Shown here: positions 26,505 to 36,376 of the stretch, in pieces
How positions within the stretch are numbered: the stretch's first letter is position 1
Layout: each line of letters opens with the position of its first letter
Assembly (NCBI GenBank): GCA_041653535.1
Contig: JBAZFH010000002.1
Span: 257,235-321,234, forward strand
Reading direction: 5' to 3'
Length of the DNA stretch: 64,000 nt
Source of the DNA: Patescibacteria group bacterium
GTDB taxonomy: Bacteria > Patescibacteriota > Patescibacteriia > JACRDY01
Program-made: the position numbers and the translations under genes
Notes under the pieces: model-generated
What the model saw: the letters and a program-made list of their open reading frames with translations, nothing else
The model's database searches: none
Told to the model about the DNA's origin: nothing

Positions 26505-27761
26505 ATGAGACATCGAGATAAGCCTATTATTCAGTCTCTATTGGATATGGATTTTTACAAATTTACCATGGGTCAGTTCATTTTTCGTTATTATCCTGAC
26601 CTGCAGGTCAGGTTCGCTTTGACCAACCGTACCAAAAGCGTGCGTTTGGCTGACATGATTGACCTGGGACAACTGCGAGAAGAACTGGAACATTTGCGTA
26701 GCTTGCGGTTTACCAAAAGTGAACTGCATTATCTTCGTGGCACCAACGAGTACGGCGATCGAATGTTTGGTGAAGATTATCTCACCTTTTTGTCCGAACT
26801 TCGTATGCCCGAATTTCATTTGGAAAAGCGAAGCGATGGGCAAATTAATCTCTGGTCCGAAGGCGACTGGCCCTCGGTCTCTCCTGGGGAAACCCCCGGT
26901 CTGGCTATCTTGGCCGAACTGTACTGTCGGCATCTGACCAAAGACATGACCCGTTTCGAGCTCGAAGCGGTTCGCGCCAACGGCATCATGCGTTTGCAGG
27001 AAAAACACCGCAAGTTGCGCCAGTATCCGTTTATTAAATATTCGGATTTTGGTCATCGGCGCCGTGCTTACCGGGACTGGCATGATTTCGTTGTTAGTGT
27101 CGAGGCTGAAGAAATGGCTGGACAGTTTCTCGGTACTTCCGATGCTTGGCTGGCCATGAAATACGGTCTTCTTCCTATGGGCACCAATGCTCATGAGTTG
27201 GGAATGGTGATTGCGGCATTTTTGGCTATCACGGAAGGTGACGCCGGTATCCTGCGCGCCAATCGCGAGATCGTCGATAAGTGGTGGCAGATGTATGGTC
27301 AGGGTCTGTCGATTGCCTTGCCCGACACTTTCGGCTCGGATACTTTTTTGCAGACAATGAACGGTCTCGACGCGGTGAAATGGAAGGGTTTCCGTCACGA
27401 CAGCGGTGACCCGATCGAATTCGGCGAAAAGATCATTAATTTTTACGAAGGGTTCGGTGTTGATCCGCGAGAACACATAATCGTCTTTTCCGACGGTCTC
27501 AATGTGGACGAGATTATTCGTCTAGCCCTGCACTTCAAGGACAGGATCAAGGTGTCTTTTGGTTGGGGTACGACTCTGACCAATGACCTGGGTTTCAAAA
27601 ACCTGTCCATTGTCATCAAGGTGGCTTCGGCTAACGGCCAACCGGCGGTGAAACTGTCTGACAATATCGCCAAAGCGGTCAGTCCGTCGCCGGAAGAGAT
27701 TGAACGTTACAAGCGTTTGTTCGGCTACCATGCGCAGTTCGAAGTGGTTCCTACGGTTTAA
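26505..27761 (+). CDS. pncB: nicotinate phosphoribosyltransferase
   Basis: SLLDMDFYKFTM, DFG.RRR, GTNAHE, DTFG, R.DSGDP, FSDGL, FGWGT.LTND, KLSDN; SD-supported start at 26505. Confidence 0.95.
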   Translation: MRHRDKPIIQSLLDMDFYKFTMGQFIFRYYPDLQVRFALTNRTKSVRLADMIDLGQLREELEHLRSLRFTKSELHYLRGTNEYGDRMFGEDYLTFLSELRMPEFHLEKRSDGQINLWSEGDWPSVSPGETPGLAILAELYCRHLTKDMTRFELEAVRANGIMRLQEKHRKLRQYPFIKYSDFGHRRRAYRDWHDFVVSVEAEEMAGQFLGTSDAWLAMKYGLLPMGTNAHELGMVIAAFLAITEGDAGILRANREIVDKWWQMYGQGLSIALPDTFGSDTFLQTMNGLDAVKWKGFRHDSGDPIEFGEKIINFYEGFGVDPREHIIVFSDGLNVDEIIRLALHFKDRIKVSFGWGTTLTNDLGFKNLSIVIKVASANGQPAVKLSDNIAKAVSPSPEEIERYKRLFGYHAQFEVVPTV

Positions 27762-27988
27762 CAATGTTCCCGGGCATCCCATGTGGTGCCCGGTTCTGAC
27801 CAGGGAAGAGTAAAAATGGCACGCGGCACGAAGCACGTGGCAAAAAAAATGGCACGCGGCGAGCCTACGCAGCCGTGCGCTATTTATTCATCCTGGTCAG
27901 GAGAAAGCAGTACTTTGAAAATTTAAACAAAAAAATCAATTCACGTTTTTTTTCGTTTAAGAAAATACGAAGAAAGGAAGGTGGTTAA

Positions 27989-30040
27989 ATGAAGGCAGAT
28001 CGTTTTCTTGATATCCGTAATCATGGGTTTTTTCGTGTGGCAGCGGTAATTCCGCGGGTGTTTTTGGCTGACCCCAAGGTAAACGGCGAAGAGCACCTGA
28101 AGGTTTTACGGACATTGTACGACGAGGGCGTTATGTATGCTGTTTTTCCGGAGCTTAGCCTGACGGGTTATAGCAACGGAGACCTTTTTCAGCAAAAGAT
28201 TTTGCTGGAAGAGGCTCTGACAGAGCTGAAATTTTTGGTTAGCGAGACTGCCAGTTGGTCGATGATTATTACGGTTGGTATGCCGCTTTTGATCGAAGAT
28301 CAACTTTTTAACGTCGCCGTGACTTTTTGTCGCGGTGAGGTACTGGGTATCGCGCCGAAAAGCTATCTTCCCAACTATCGCGAATTCTATGAAGGACGGT
28401 GGTTTACCAAAGCTGCCGATGCTCGGAAAAAGGAAGTCGAGCTTTTTGGTCGAATGGTTCCTTTTGGTGCTGACGTTCTGATTCGTTCGACGTTAAATCG
28501 GAATTTCATTCTTCACACCGAAATTTGTGAAGATATCTGGGTACCGATTTCTCCCGGCGCTATCGCGGCGATTTCCGGAGCTACCGTACTCGTCAATTTG
28601 TCGGCGTCTAATATTACTATCGGTAAAACGGAATATCGTCGGCAGTTGGCTCTTAATTCGTCGGGTAAAAACGTCGCCGCTCAAATTTACGTCGCTGCCG
28701 GTTTTGGCGAATCGACCAGTGATTTGTCTTGGGATGGCAGCGCATTTGTCGCTGAGCGTGGTACCATGCTCAGCGAATCAAAGCGTTTTCAGATGGAAAG
28801 TCATTATATCATTGCCGATGTCGACGTTGATTCTCTGCAGACGGAAAGAGCGCGGCAAAATTCTTTTCAGGAAAACGCGGCGGTTTATCGGCAGCCGATG
28901 CGTATGGCGGTGGCGGAAGACAAGTCCGTTCCGGACTTCCTTAATACCTATGTCTTTGATGAATTGCGGCGTAATATTGAGCCGCAGCCATTTGTGCCGT
29001 CGGACCCGACTCGTCGTAGCGAACGATGCTACGAAACATTCAATATCCAGGCAGGAGCGTTGGCACAGCGCTTGCTCCAGTTTCCGGTTGAAAGCCGCAA
29101 AATCGTTTTAGGGGTTTCCGGAGGGCTGGATTCGACCCACGCTTTTTTGATCGCGGCTCATACCATGGATATCATGGGTTTGCCGCGCAGCAATATTTTG
29201 GCGGTAACTATGCCGGGGTTTGGGACAACGGGTCGGACGTATCATAATGCCGTTGCCTTGATTAAAGCAATCGGTGCTACGTTCTATGAGATTCCGATCA
29301 AGAATATTTCAACTGTCATGTTTGAAAACATCGGCTATGATCCCTCTTTGGAAGGGGATAAAAAAAGCTTGGTGTTTGAAAACGTGCAGGCCTGGGAACG
29401 GACAATGACACTCTTCTCGGTTTCGGCCAAAGAAGGTGGTATTGTTCTTGGCACTGGTGATCTGTCCGAACTGTTAATCGGCTGGGCGACCTATGGTGGT
29501 GATCACATGTCCCACTACGGCGTCAACGCCGATGTGCCCAAAACCCTGATTCGCTATTTGGTGTCTTGGGCGCGGGACGAGATTTTTGCCAAAGAAGCGC
29601 GGGTTCAGACGGTCCTCAATGACATTTTGGACACTCCGGTTTCGCCTGAATTATTGCCGACTACCAGGGATGGCAATATTGCTCAGAAGACCGAAGACAT
29701 TGTCGGTCCATATGAGTTGATCGACTTTTTCGGATATTGGATCGTTCGTTTTGGTTTTACGCCGTACAAGGTGGCGCGCCTGGCATTGCATGCTTTCGAC
29801 GGCAAATACACTATCGGCGAAATCAAAAATTGGCTCGGCTACTTTGTTGACGATGACGGAAAAAAACATCTCGGTTTTCTCCCGCGGTTTTTCCGCAATC
29901 AGTTCAAGCGCAACTGTTTACCGGACGGACCCAAGGTTGGTCTTACTTCTGTTTCGCCTCGTGGCGACTGGCGTATGCCGTCGGATGCGCGCGTAACTTC
30001 CTGGATGGACAGCTGGGAGGAGATTCCCTATTTATATTAA
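27989..30040 (+). CDS. nadE: glutamine-dependent NAD+ synthetase
   Basis: Nitrilase domain (FPEL, PK..LPNY.EFYE, EICED) and synthetase domain (GVSGGLDS, ENVQA, GTGDLSE, SPEL). Confidence 0.95.
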   Translation: MKADRFLDIRNHGFFRVAAVIPRVFLADPKVNGEEHLKVLRTLYDEGVMYAVFPELSLTGYSNGDLFQQKILLEEALTELKFLVSETASWSMIITVGMPLLIEDQLFNVAVTFCRGEVLGIAPKSYLPNYREFYEGRWFTKAADARKKEVELFGRMVPFGADVLIRSTLNRNFILHTEICEDIWVPISPGAIAAISGATVLVNLSASNITIGKTEYRRQLALNSSGKNVAAQIYVAAGFGESTSDLSWDGSAFVAERGTMLSESKRFQMESHYIIADVDVDSLQTERARQNSFQENAAVYRQPMRMAVAEDKSVPDFLNTYVFDELRRNIEPQPFVPSDPTRRSERCYETFNIQAGALAQRLLQFPVESRKIVLGVSGGLDSTHAFLIAAHTMDIMGLPRSNILAVTMPGFGTTGRTYHNAVALIKAIGATFYEIPIKNISTVMFENIGYDPSLEGDKKSLVFENVQAWERTMTLFSVSAKEGGIVLGTGDLSELLIGWATYGGDHMSHYGVNADVPKTLIRYLVSWARDEIFAKEARVQTVLNDILDTPVSPELLPTTRDGNIAQKTEDIVGPYELIDFFGYWIVRFGFTPYKVARLALHAFDGKYTIGEIKNWLGYFVDDDGKKHLGFLPRFFRNQFKRNCLPDGPKVGLTSVSPRGDWRMPSDARVTSWMDSWEEIPYLY

Positions 30041-30048
30041 CATTCAAC

Positions 30049-30084
30049 AAAACCCCTGTGTCAATAGATGATGCGGGGGTTTTT
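30049..30084 (+). terminator. terminator after nadE
   Basis: AAAACCCC...GGGGGTTTTT inverted repeat. Confidence 0.6.
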
Positions 30085-30246
30085 AATTAGTATATAGATC
30101 TTAGTATAGAGTATATAGAGTATATAGGGTAAATACAAATACTAAATACTATATATCAAGACCTAAATACTTTGTCTTTGTCGGTCTTAGCATGTTGTGA
30201 TAGACTTAAGGAGTAATATAGAAATAATTCATAATCTCTAAACCCT

Positions 30247-31272
30247 ATGACTAATTGGTCAACTTGGTCTATGCCAAAAAAAATCGGCGCGGTAGCTGGG
30301 CTGGTTATCGTGCTTTTGGTAGTAGTAGGTTTTGTCTTGTCTTTAGTGCCCACCGCCTACAACGCTAATAAAAACGGAAGAATATTTAGTTTTGCCGAAT
30401 CTGATGATGCCGGATTTGCAACCGGAGCAGGCAGTGCTCGCAATTCCGTTGTCATGAACTCTTTAGATTTAGCAGTCAGTGAAGAAATGGTTCCCAGCGT
30501 CGTCAGTCAAAAAGCGGTAGTCGGCAATCAAATTGTGGCACAAGATGGTGAGATGACCGCCAAAAAAATTATCCGTGACGGTAGTCTTGGTTTATTTGTA
30601 ATCAGTCCCGAAGAAGCAATAAAGCAGGTGGAAGAACTGGCTAAGGTCGCCGGCGGTTTTGTGCAAAATTCACAGATTTACGAAGTGCGTAACGGTGTTA
30701 AAGCCGGTTCGGTCATTATTCGAGTGCCGGCTGACAAATTTGAAGCGACAATCACCGAAATAAAAAAATTAGCCAAAGAAATTGACAGGGAAGAAGTTGA
30801 TTCCAGGGATGTTACCGAGCAGTTTATTGATTTAGAAGCGCGGCTACATAATGCACAGGCGGAAGAAGCCAGATATTTGGAAATCATGGGTCGAGCGCAA
30901 ACCATTAAAGACACCCTTGATGTTTCTGAACGTCTGGGCAGTGTTCGCGAGCGAATAGAAATATTAACCGGGCAGCTGCAATATTTGTCTCGACAGGTTG
31001 ATATGTCGACAATCAATGTTAGCCTGTCGTCTTATGACGATGTGAAAGTTTTCGGACTACGCTGGAGACCGCTTTATGAGATCAAAAAATCTTTCCGCGA
31101 AATGCTGACAGGTTTGACTTCATATATCGATACTATGTTGGCGTTGATTATCAATCTGCCGGTTATTATTCTTTGGATTGTCACTGTCGGTTTTATTTTG
31201 TGGGTTATTTGGAAGCTATTACGATGGATTAATAGACGTTTTATCAAAAAAAATGCTCCAGATATCAGTTAG
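30247..31272 (+). CDS. DUF4349-like membrane protein
   Basis: KIIRDG, GGFV..S, IRVPA..F, DVTEQFIDLEARL coiled coil, C-terminal TM. Confidence 0.8.
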   Translation: MTNWSTWSMPKKIGAVAGLVIVLLVVVGFVLSLVPTAYNANKNGRIFSFAESDDAGFATGAGSARNSVVMNSLDLAVSEEMVPSVVSQKAVVGNQIVAQDGEMTAKKIIRDGSLGLFVISPEEAIKQVEELAKVAGGFVQNSQIYEVRNGVKAGSVIIRVPADKFEATITEIKKLAKEIDREEVDSRDVTEQFIDLEARLHNAQAEEARYLEIMGRAQTIKDTLDVSERLGSVRERIEILTGQLQYLSRQVDMSTINVSLSSYDDVKVFGLRWRPLYEIKKSFREMLTGLTSYIDTMLALIINLPVIILWIVTVGFILWVIWKLLRWINRRFIKKNAPDIS

Positions 31273-31481
31273 TGAAAATAAGTAAAAAATGGCTTAAATT
31301 ACAGTAAAGAACATAAAAATAGATCGTCTAAAGTAGGCGGTCTGTTTTATTATTGACAAAAAATAATAAATAGGCTGTATTGTTATAATATCCAAAAATA
31401 GAAGAAGGTCTGTTTTTGGGTCTGAAATTTGAAAAAAATAAGGAAAAAGTTTTCATTCCACGATAACAGAAGGAGGTCTAG

Positions 31482-33404
31482 ATGAATTATTGGTTTATTG
31501 GTTTGTTAGTTGCTTTTCTGCCGGTGTTTATTTTTTCCGTTTTAGGCGGGATGGTGAGCCGCCGCAATGTTTACAGTACGGTAATAGCCGGTTCGTTTTT
31601 CGGCGCGGCCTACTACTTTTTATGGGTTTTGATCGCGTGGAAAACTGCTGACGGATTCTATGGTCCGTTGCCGTATTTCGGTAGTCTCTTTTTGGCGATA
31701 GTTTTGGGTGGTACTATTGCTACAATTTCCGAGAGTGGCGGTAAGGGATCTGCCGCGCCGGCGGTTATCGGAGCTATATTTATTTTGTTGCCAGCAGTGG
31801 TTGTTACCTGCCAGGGCACCGACATGGTGAGCTCGCAAGAGAAACTAGCTCTTGCCGGCAAAATCGAAATCATCGACGATTCGAATTCCGCTATGACGCC
31901 GGTCGACACCGCACATATCTCGCTCGTCGATGAGGGGATGGCTAAAGTTGCAGCGCAAAATGCGCTCTCCAAGATCCATCTCGAAGACGGTGCGATCGCC
32001 GGCTCGCGTTACTCTATCGGGCACGGCACTAAAGTATTTGCCGATGGGCAGCTTTGGTGGGTGTTCCCTCTGGAGTTTCAAGGTTGGCTGAAATGGCGTG
32101 TCAATCCGGAGGTCCCGGGTTATCTGCGCGTTTCAGCGGAAGATCCTTTTGCTGAGCCGCAGCCTGTTTTGAAGGACAAGACGGGCGAGAAACTCCATAT
32201 CAAATATTTGGGTACCGCTTGCTGGGGATACCAGCTCGAGCGGCACCTGCGCTACAACGGGTACATGAACAAGTACCTGCTTGATTACACCTTTGAACCC
32301 GACGACAACTGGAAGCCGTTCTATACGGTCACGGTTGCCGAAAGAACGATCGGTTTCGAAGGTCTTAAGGTGCTGGGCGTCGCCGTCGTTGATGTTCAGA
32401 CGGGCAAGATTGAATTTCAGGAGATCGGTAAGATCGCTCCCTGGATCGACCGAGTTGTCCCGCTGTATGTCATCGATTATAACCTCAAAAATTGGGGTAT
32501 GTATTCGAATGCCACTTGGTGGTATAACCTTTTGCACAAAGACAAGAGTCAGGCGCCGACTCCTGGTTGGTTTATGACCTATGATCCGGAACATGGGGCG
32601 CAGTGGTTCAGCGGGTTTACCTCGCTGAACAGTGACGACCACGCCATGACTGGGTTTACCGTCACCAATGCTCGTGACGGCGTTACCCGGTTTTTCCGCG
32701 CTTCGGGGTTGACTGAACAAAAGTCTTACGACGCGGCAAATTCGCTCTGGAGCAACTTCGCTGGCGTCGAGCCCTGTGAAATGGTTCCGTACAACATCGA
32801 GGGCGTACAGACGTACGTTATACCGATGAAGTACCAGGGGCAATTTCGCGGGGTTTCCCTTGTTGCTTTGAATAACGTGAATATCAAGGCAAGTGGGAAT
32901 ACTTTCGACCAGGCTTTTGCTAGTTACCGTGCTGTGCGGGCGGCAACTGCTGAGGGTCGAATCGCTCCTGACGGCGGTGCTGCGACGGTTTCGGAAAGTC
33001 GTGGTACTATCGATCGTGTCGGTATGCCTGTGGCAAGCGGCAATATGGTGATTTTCTACTTCACCATGCGAGACATTGCCAAACGTTTTCAAGTGACCGA
33101 TTCGGTTTCCAGTCCCGGCGCAGTCCTGATGCGTTCGGGCGATCAAGCGGTTTGTCGTTATACTTCCGGTCACGCCGCGACGATCTCTTGCGACAGTCTC
33201 GAGATCATCGGCCTGAATTTTTCGGATGACAATCCGGCGCAGGTACGGTTGAACGCCAATCAGGCGCAGGTCAAGCAGGAAGAAAAGCGAGTCGACACCG
33301 ACCAGACTCGCGACCAGTTGCTGAATAGCGACCGGCTCAAAAAAGTTGATCCGCAGGCGTTGCAGCAGTTCCTGAACTCTCAACAGAGTCAGGGCGGCAA
33401 ATAG
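31482..33404 (+). CDS. uncharacterised membrane protein (about 4 N-terminal TMs and a large soluble domain)
   Basis: 640-aa GC-richer ORF with SD AAGGAGG and its own terminator. Confidence 0.75.
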   Translation: MNYWFIGLLVAFLPVFIFSVLGGMVSRRNVYSTVIAGSFFGAAYYFLWVLIAWKTADGFYGPLPYFGSLFLAIVLGGTIATISESGGKGSAAPAVIGAIFILLPAVVVTCQGTDMVSSQEKLALAGKIEIIDDSNSAMTPVDTAHISLVDEGMAKVAAQNALSKIHLEDGAIAGSRYSIGHGTKVFADGQLWWVFPLEFQGWLKWRVNPEVPGYLRVSAEDPFAEPQPVLKDKTGEKLHIKYLGTACWGYQLERHLRYNGYMNKYLLDYTFEPDDNWKPFYTVTVAERTIGFEGLKVLGVAVVDVQTGKIEFQEIGKIAPWIDRVVPLYVIDYNLKNWGMYSNATWWYNLLHKDKSQAPTPGWFMTYDPEHGAQWFSGFTSLNSDDHAMTGFTVTNARDGVTRFFRASGLTEQKSYDAANSLWSNFAGVEPCEMVPYNIEGVQTYVIPMKYQGQFRGVSLVALNNVNIKASGNTFDQAFASYRAVRAATAEGRIAPDGGAATVSESRGTIDRVGMPVASGNMVIFYFTMRDIAKRFQVTDSVSSPGAVLMRSGDQAVCRYTSGHAATISCDSLEIIGLNFSDDNPAQVRLNANQAQVKQEEKRVDTDQTRDQLLNSDRLKKVDPQALQQFLNSQQSQGGK

Positions 33405-33460
33405 CCGACAGCTTCAACAATCAAAAAGGGGACCCCTGAAAAGGTCCTCTTTTTTCGTTT

Positions 33461-34225
33461 TTAAGTAATTTTTTGTTTTTGTTCTTTGGCTAGCAGGCCG
33501 ACAAAGTAGATTATGCCAATACCAACGATTAGCACGGCAAAGTGGGTTAAGATATTTTTGATTTTTCGTTCCTTGTTGGTCAGAGGTATTAGGTCGGTAC
33601 AGGCAATATAGATAAAGTTACCGGCTGCTAAAGCGATTAGAACCGTGGAAAGCGATTCGATCCTGGAGCTGAGGTAATAAGCCAGTAGTCCGCCAATGAT
33701 ACTAAAACCAGCTGAGATCAGATTGTACAAAAAAACTTTTAGCCTTTTCATTCCATTGTGCATTAGAACGGCGAAGTCGCCGCTTTCTTGTGGTATTTCG
33801 TGGAGCAAGACTGCCAGAGTGGTTACTATGCCGACTCGTAGATCGAGAATAAAAGCACTGGCAATCACCATGCCGTCCAAAAAGTTATGGATCGTGTCGC
33901 TCATGATAATAAGAGAGCTGGAGGCTGAGTGGATTTCGCATTCTTCGTTTTTGTGACAATGATAAACTATTAGCAGTTTTTCTAAAAGATAAAAAAGCAA
34001 AATTCCGGCAAAAACTAAAGCCAGATCAAAACGGATGTTATGGCTTTTTTCTATCAATTCTGGTAGCAAATCGGTAAAAACCGCCATCAGTAAAGCGCCG
34101 ACGGCAAAAGAGACTAGGTAGCTGGAAGCTTTTTTTATTCTTTTTTCTTGCCAAAGCAGCAGCGACCCGCCGCTAAGACCAATCAAGCTGGCGACTGAAA
34201 TGGCAATAACAATATAAATTAACAT
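33461..34225 (-). CDS. ZIP-family metal transporter
   Basis: HNFLDG and HEIPQE motifs; His-containing loop. Confidence 0.92.
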   Translation of the reverse strand: MLIYIVIAISVASLIGLSGGSLLLWQEKRIKKASSYLVSFAVGALLMAVFTDLLPELIEKSHNIRFDLALVFAGILLFYLLEKLLIVYHCHKNEECEIHSASSSLIIMSDTIHNFLDGMVIASAFILDLRVGIVTTLAVLLHEIPQESGDFAVLMHNGMKRLKVFLYNLISAGFSIIGGLLAYYLSSRIESLSTVLIALAAGNFIYIACTDLIPLTNKERKIKNILTHFAVLIVGIGIIYFVGLLAKEQKQKIT

Positions 34226-34350
34226 AGATCAAGGTATTTTGTTATGTTTTAAATAACTTTAGCACAATTCGGGTAACAAATAAAGACTTGCTAAAAGCAG
34301 AAAATTGAGCTATATTTATTTTAGTAAAATAAATATTTATTTTTTTAATT

Positions 34351-34674
34351 ATGACTAAAAAGATTGTTATCGCTTTTTGTGTCTTGTCGTTAGCTTTTGT
34401 TGTTACTGGATGTGGAAAAAAAGCCCAGTCGGATGTTCAAAAAAATAATACCGAGCAACAGGAAAACGTAAAAGTAAAGCCCGCAGAAGTAGAGCTGCAA
34501 TCTAGACCAGGAGATCAAAAAGAACTGGTTACTAAAAAAAGTCCCAAAGACGTTGATCTGAACGAAGTATCTGCTTTTGTTACGGAAGTACAAACAGCAG
34601 AAGCTGTTGCCGATAGCGAAATAAACAGATTCAATAGTCTCAATGATAATTTAGATAAAGAATTGTCCTTATAG
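34351..34674 (+). CDS. hypothetical lipoprotein
   Basis: Lipobox VTGC after a signal peptide. Confidence 0.7.
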   Translation: MTKKIVIAFCVLSLAFVVTGCGKKAQSDVQKNNTEQQENVKVKPAEVELQSRPGDQKELVTKKSPKDVDLNEVSAFVTEVQTAEAVADSEINRFNSLNDNLDKELSL

Positions 34675-34685
34675 CTTAAAATTAT

Positions 34686-35510
34686 ATGAAAAAAATAAAT
34701 TATATTTTATTTGGGGTTATTGTTTTTTTGGGTCTAGCTTTTTTTGTTCCTGTAATTGCTCAGGAAGAGCCGGCGCAAATTACTCCAGAACAGGTTAACA
34801 GTGAGGCAGGCGCTGTCAGCGGTTTTCGTTCCGCCGACACCGATGAATTAAAAACTGCTTTTTTACAAAAGTTAGGGAGTATGATGATTAATAAAAGGCT
34901 TTTATCTTTGAAGATAATAAATAACAGGCTGGAAAAGTCGGAAAAATTATCATCCGAAATAAAGAATCGTTTGCTTTCCGAAATGGATCGCAATATCAAC
35001 GGTTTGAATAGACTAAAAGACGACATCGCCAACACTTCCGACGTCGCAATACTAAAAGAAAAGGTAAAGTCTATTATTGCTGATTACCAAATTTTTCGCG
35101 TTATGTTGCCGCAATTTAGCGGTTTAGTCGCGGTTGACAGACTAGAAGTTTTTTCTGACAAAATAGTTGAGCTGAGAAATAAGGTACAGTCAAAAATAGA
35201 AGAGGTAAAAAGTTTAGACGGAAACACCGCTGCTGTTGAAGTATTAGTTGTTGTTGCCGACGAGTCGCTCTCTAAAGGCAATGAATCATTGCAGATGGCT
35301 ACAGAAAAACTTTTTTCAATGCAGGCGTCCGATCCAAAAAATGCTATTAGTTTAAAAAAAGAAAGCAAAGGAAAAATTTCCATTGCTAGAGCTGCTTATA
35401 AAGACAGCGAAAAGCAGCTTCGGACCGCTATCAGTGAATTAAAGAAAATTATTGCTGCTGCCGCTGAAGAATCAGATGACGTGAAAGAAGAACCGGCAGG
35501 ATCTGAATAA
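34686..35510 (+). CDS. secreted coiled-coil hypothetical protein
   Basis: Signal peptide; helical K/E-rich body. Confidence 0.7.
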   Translation: MKKINYILFGVIVFLGLAFFVPVIAQEEPAQITPEQVNSEAGAVSGFRSADTDELKTAFLQKLGSMMINKRLLSLKIINNRLEKSEKLSSEIKNRLLSEMDRNINGLNRLKDDIANTSDVAILKEKVKSIIADYQIFRVMLPQFSGLVAVDRLEVFSDKIVELRNKVQSKIEEVKSLDGNTAAVEVLVVVADESLSKGNESLQMATEKLFSMQASDPKNAISLKKESKGKISIARAAYKDSEKQLRTAISELKKIIAAAAEESDDVKEEPAGSE

Positions 35511-35661
35511 ATAAAAAAACGTTTTTGTATAAATAATACCCGCGTTTATTTCGCGGGTTTTATTGACAAAAAGATTTTTTGATGGTAAAGTCGAATAATC
35601 GCAATGCGTTATGAAGTTTTGTTTTTTGACAATTATCTTAAAAAATAAGGAGGTGGAAACC

Positions 35662-36165
35662 ATGAGCACGCCTCAAAGCCAAAATACTCATAAGTTCGGC
35701 ATTTTGATTTGGGACAAAGATCCGTCCACCGAAAAAAAATTTAACGCGGTGGTCAAGAGAAATTTACCCAGGCGTTTTGGAGTTGATGTTACTTTAACCC
35801 AAGCAGAAACCGTATCTTCCTTAAAGGAAAAAGTCAATGTCTTTTTTCGGGAAGGAAGAAAGGTTTTGGTTTTTATCTCAGTTGACGATCAGCCGTTTGA
35901 TATCTATCGCGACGTCATCGACCTGGTGGATATAAGATTTTTAAGTAAATGGGAGCTGGTTGTTATTTCGGGAAATTCTAAAATGCAGTATTGGGCGGAT
36001 CGGCTCGGTGTGAGGTTTTTGTCCAGACTGATCTCTCCTTTTCAGTTATCAAGGTTCATTGTCACCGCTCTTAAAATCGAAGGCAGCGGTAATAACAAGG
36101 ATTTAGGACAAACAAATAATTCTTCGCCTTCTCGTTTTGGGGGCACTGATAAAAACAAGCTTTAG
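35662..36165 (+). CDS. hypothetical protein
   Basis: SD AAGGAGG before the ATG at 35662; terminator at about 36214-36250. Confidence 0.55.
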   Translation: MSTPQSQNTHKFGILIWDKDPSTEKKFNAVVKRNLPRRFGVDVTLTQAETVSSLKEKVNVFFREGRKVLVFISVDDQPFDIYRDVIDLVDIRFLSKWELVVISGNSKMQYWADRLGVRFLSRLISPFQLSRFIVTALKIEGSGNNKDLGQTNNSSPSRFGGTDKNKL

Positions 36166-36376
36166 CCGGACGGTATTATAGCAAATAGTACCGGTGAATT
36201 ACGTCATAAAATAACCGTTCTCTTATTTAATAAGCAGAGCGGTTTTTCTTTTGACTTTAGCTAAAAAACGGATATAATAGAGGGGATAAGGAAATTAAGA
36301 AATAAAGAAATTAGACAGATTGTTAATATTTCATTTCTTAATTTCTTTGTTTCTTTATTTCTAATTTTCATTTTTT

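Noticed and set aside
26538-27476. 312-aa minus-strand ORF
   Set aside because: Antisense shadow of pncB with no recognisable motifs.
32133-33383. 416-aa minus-strand ORF
   Set aside because: Antisense shadow of the GC-rich 640-aa gene.
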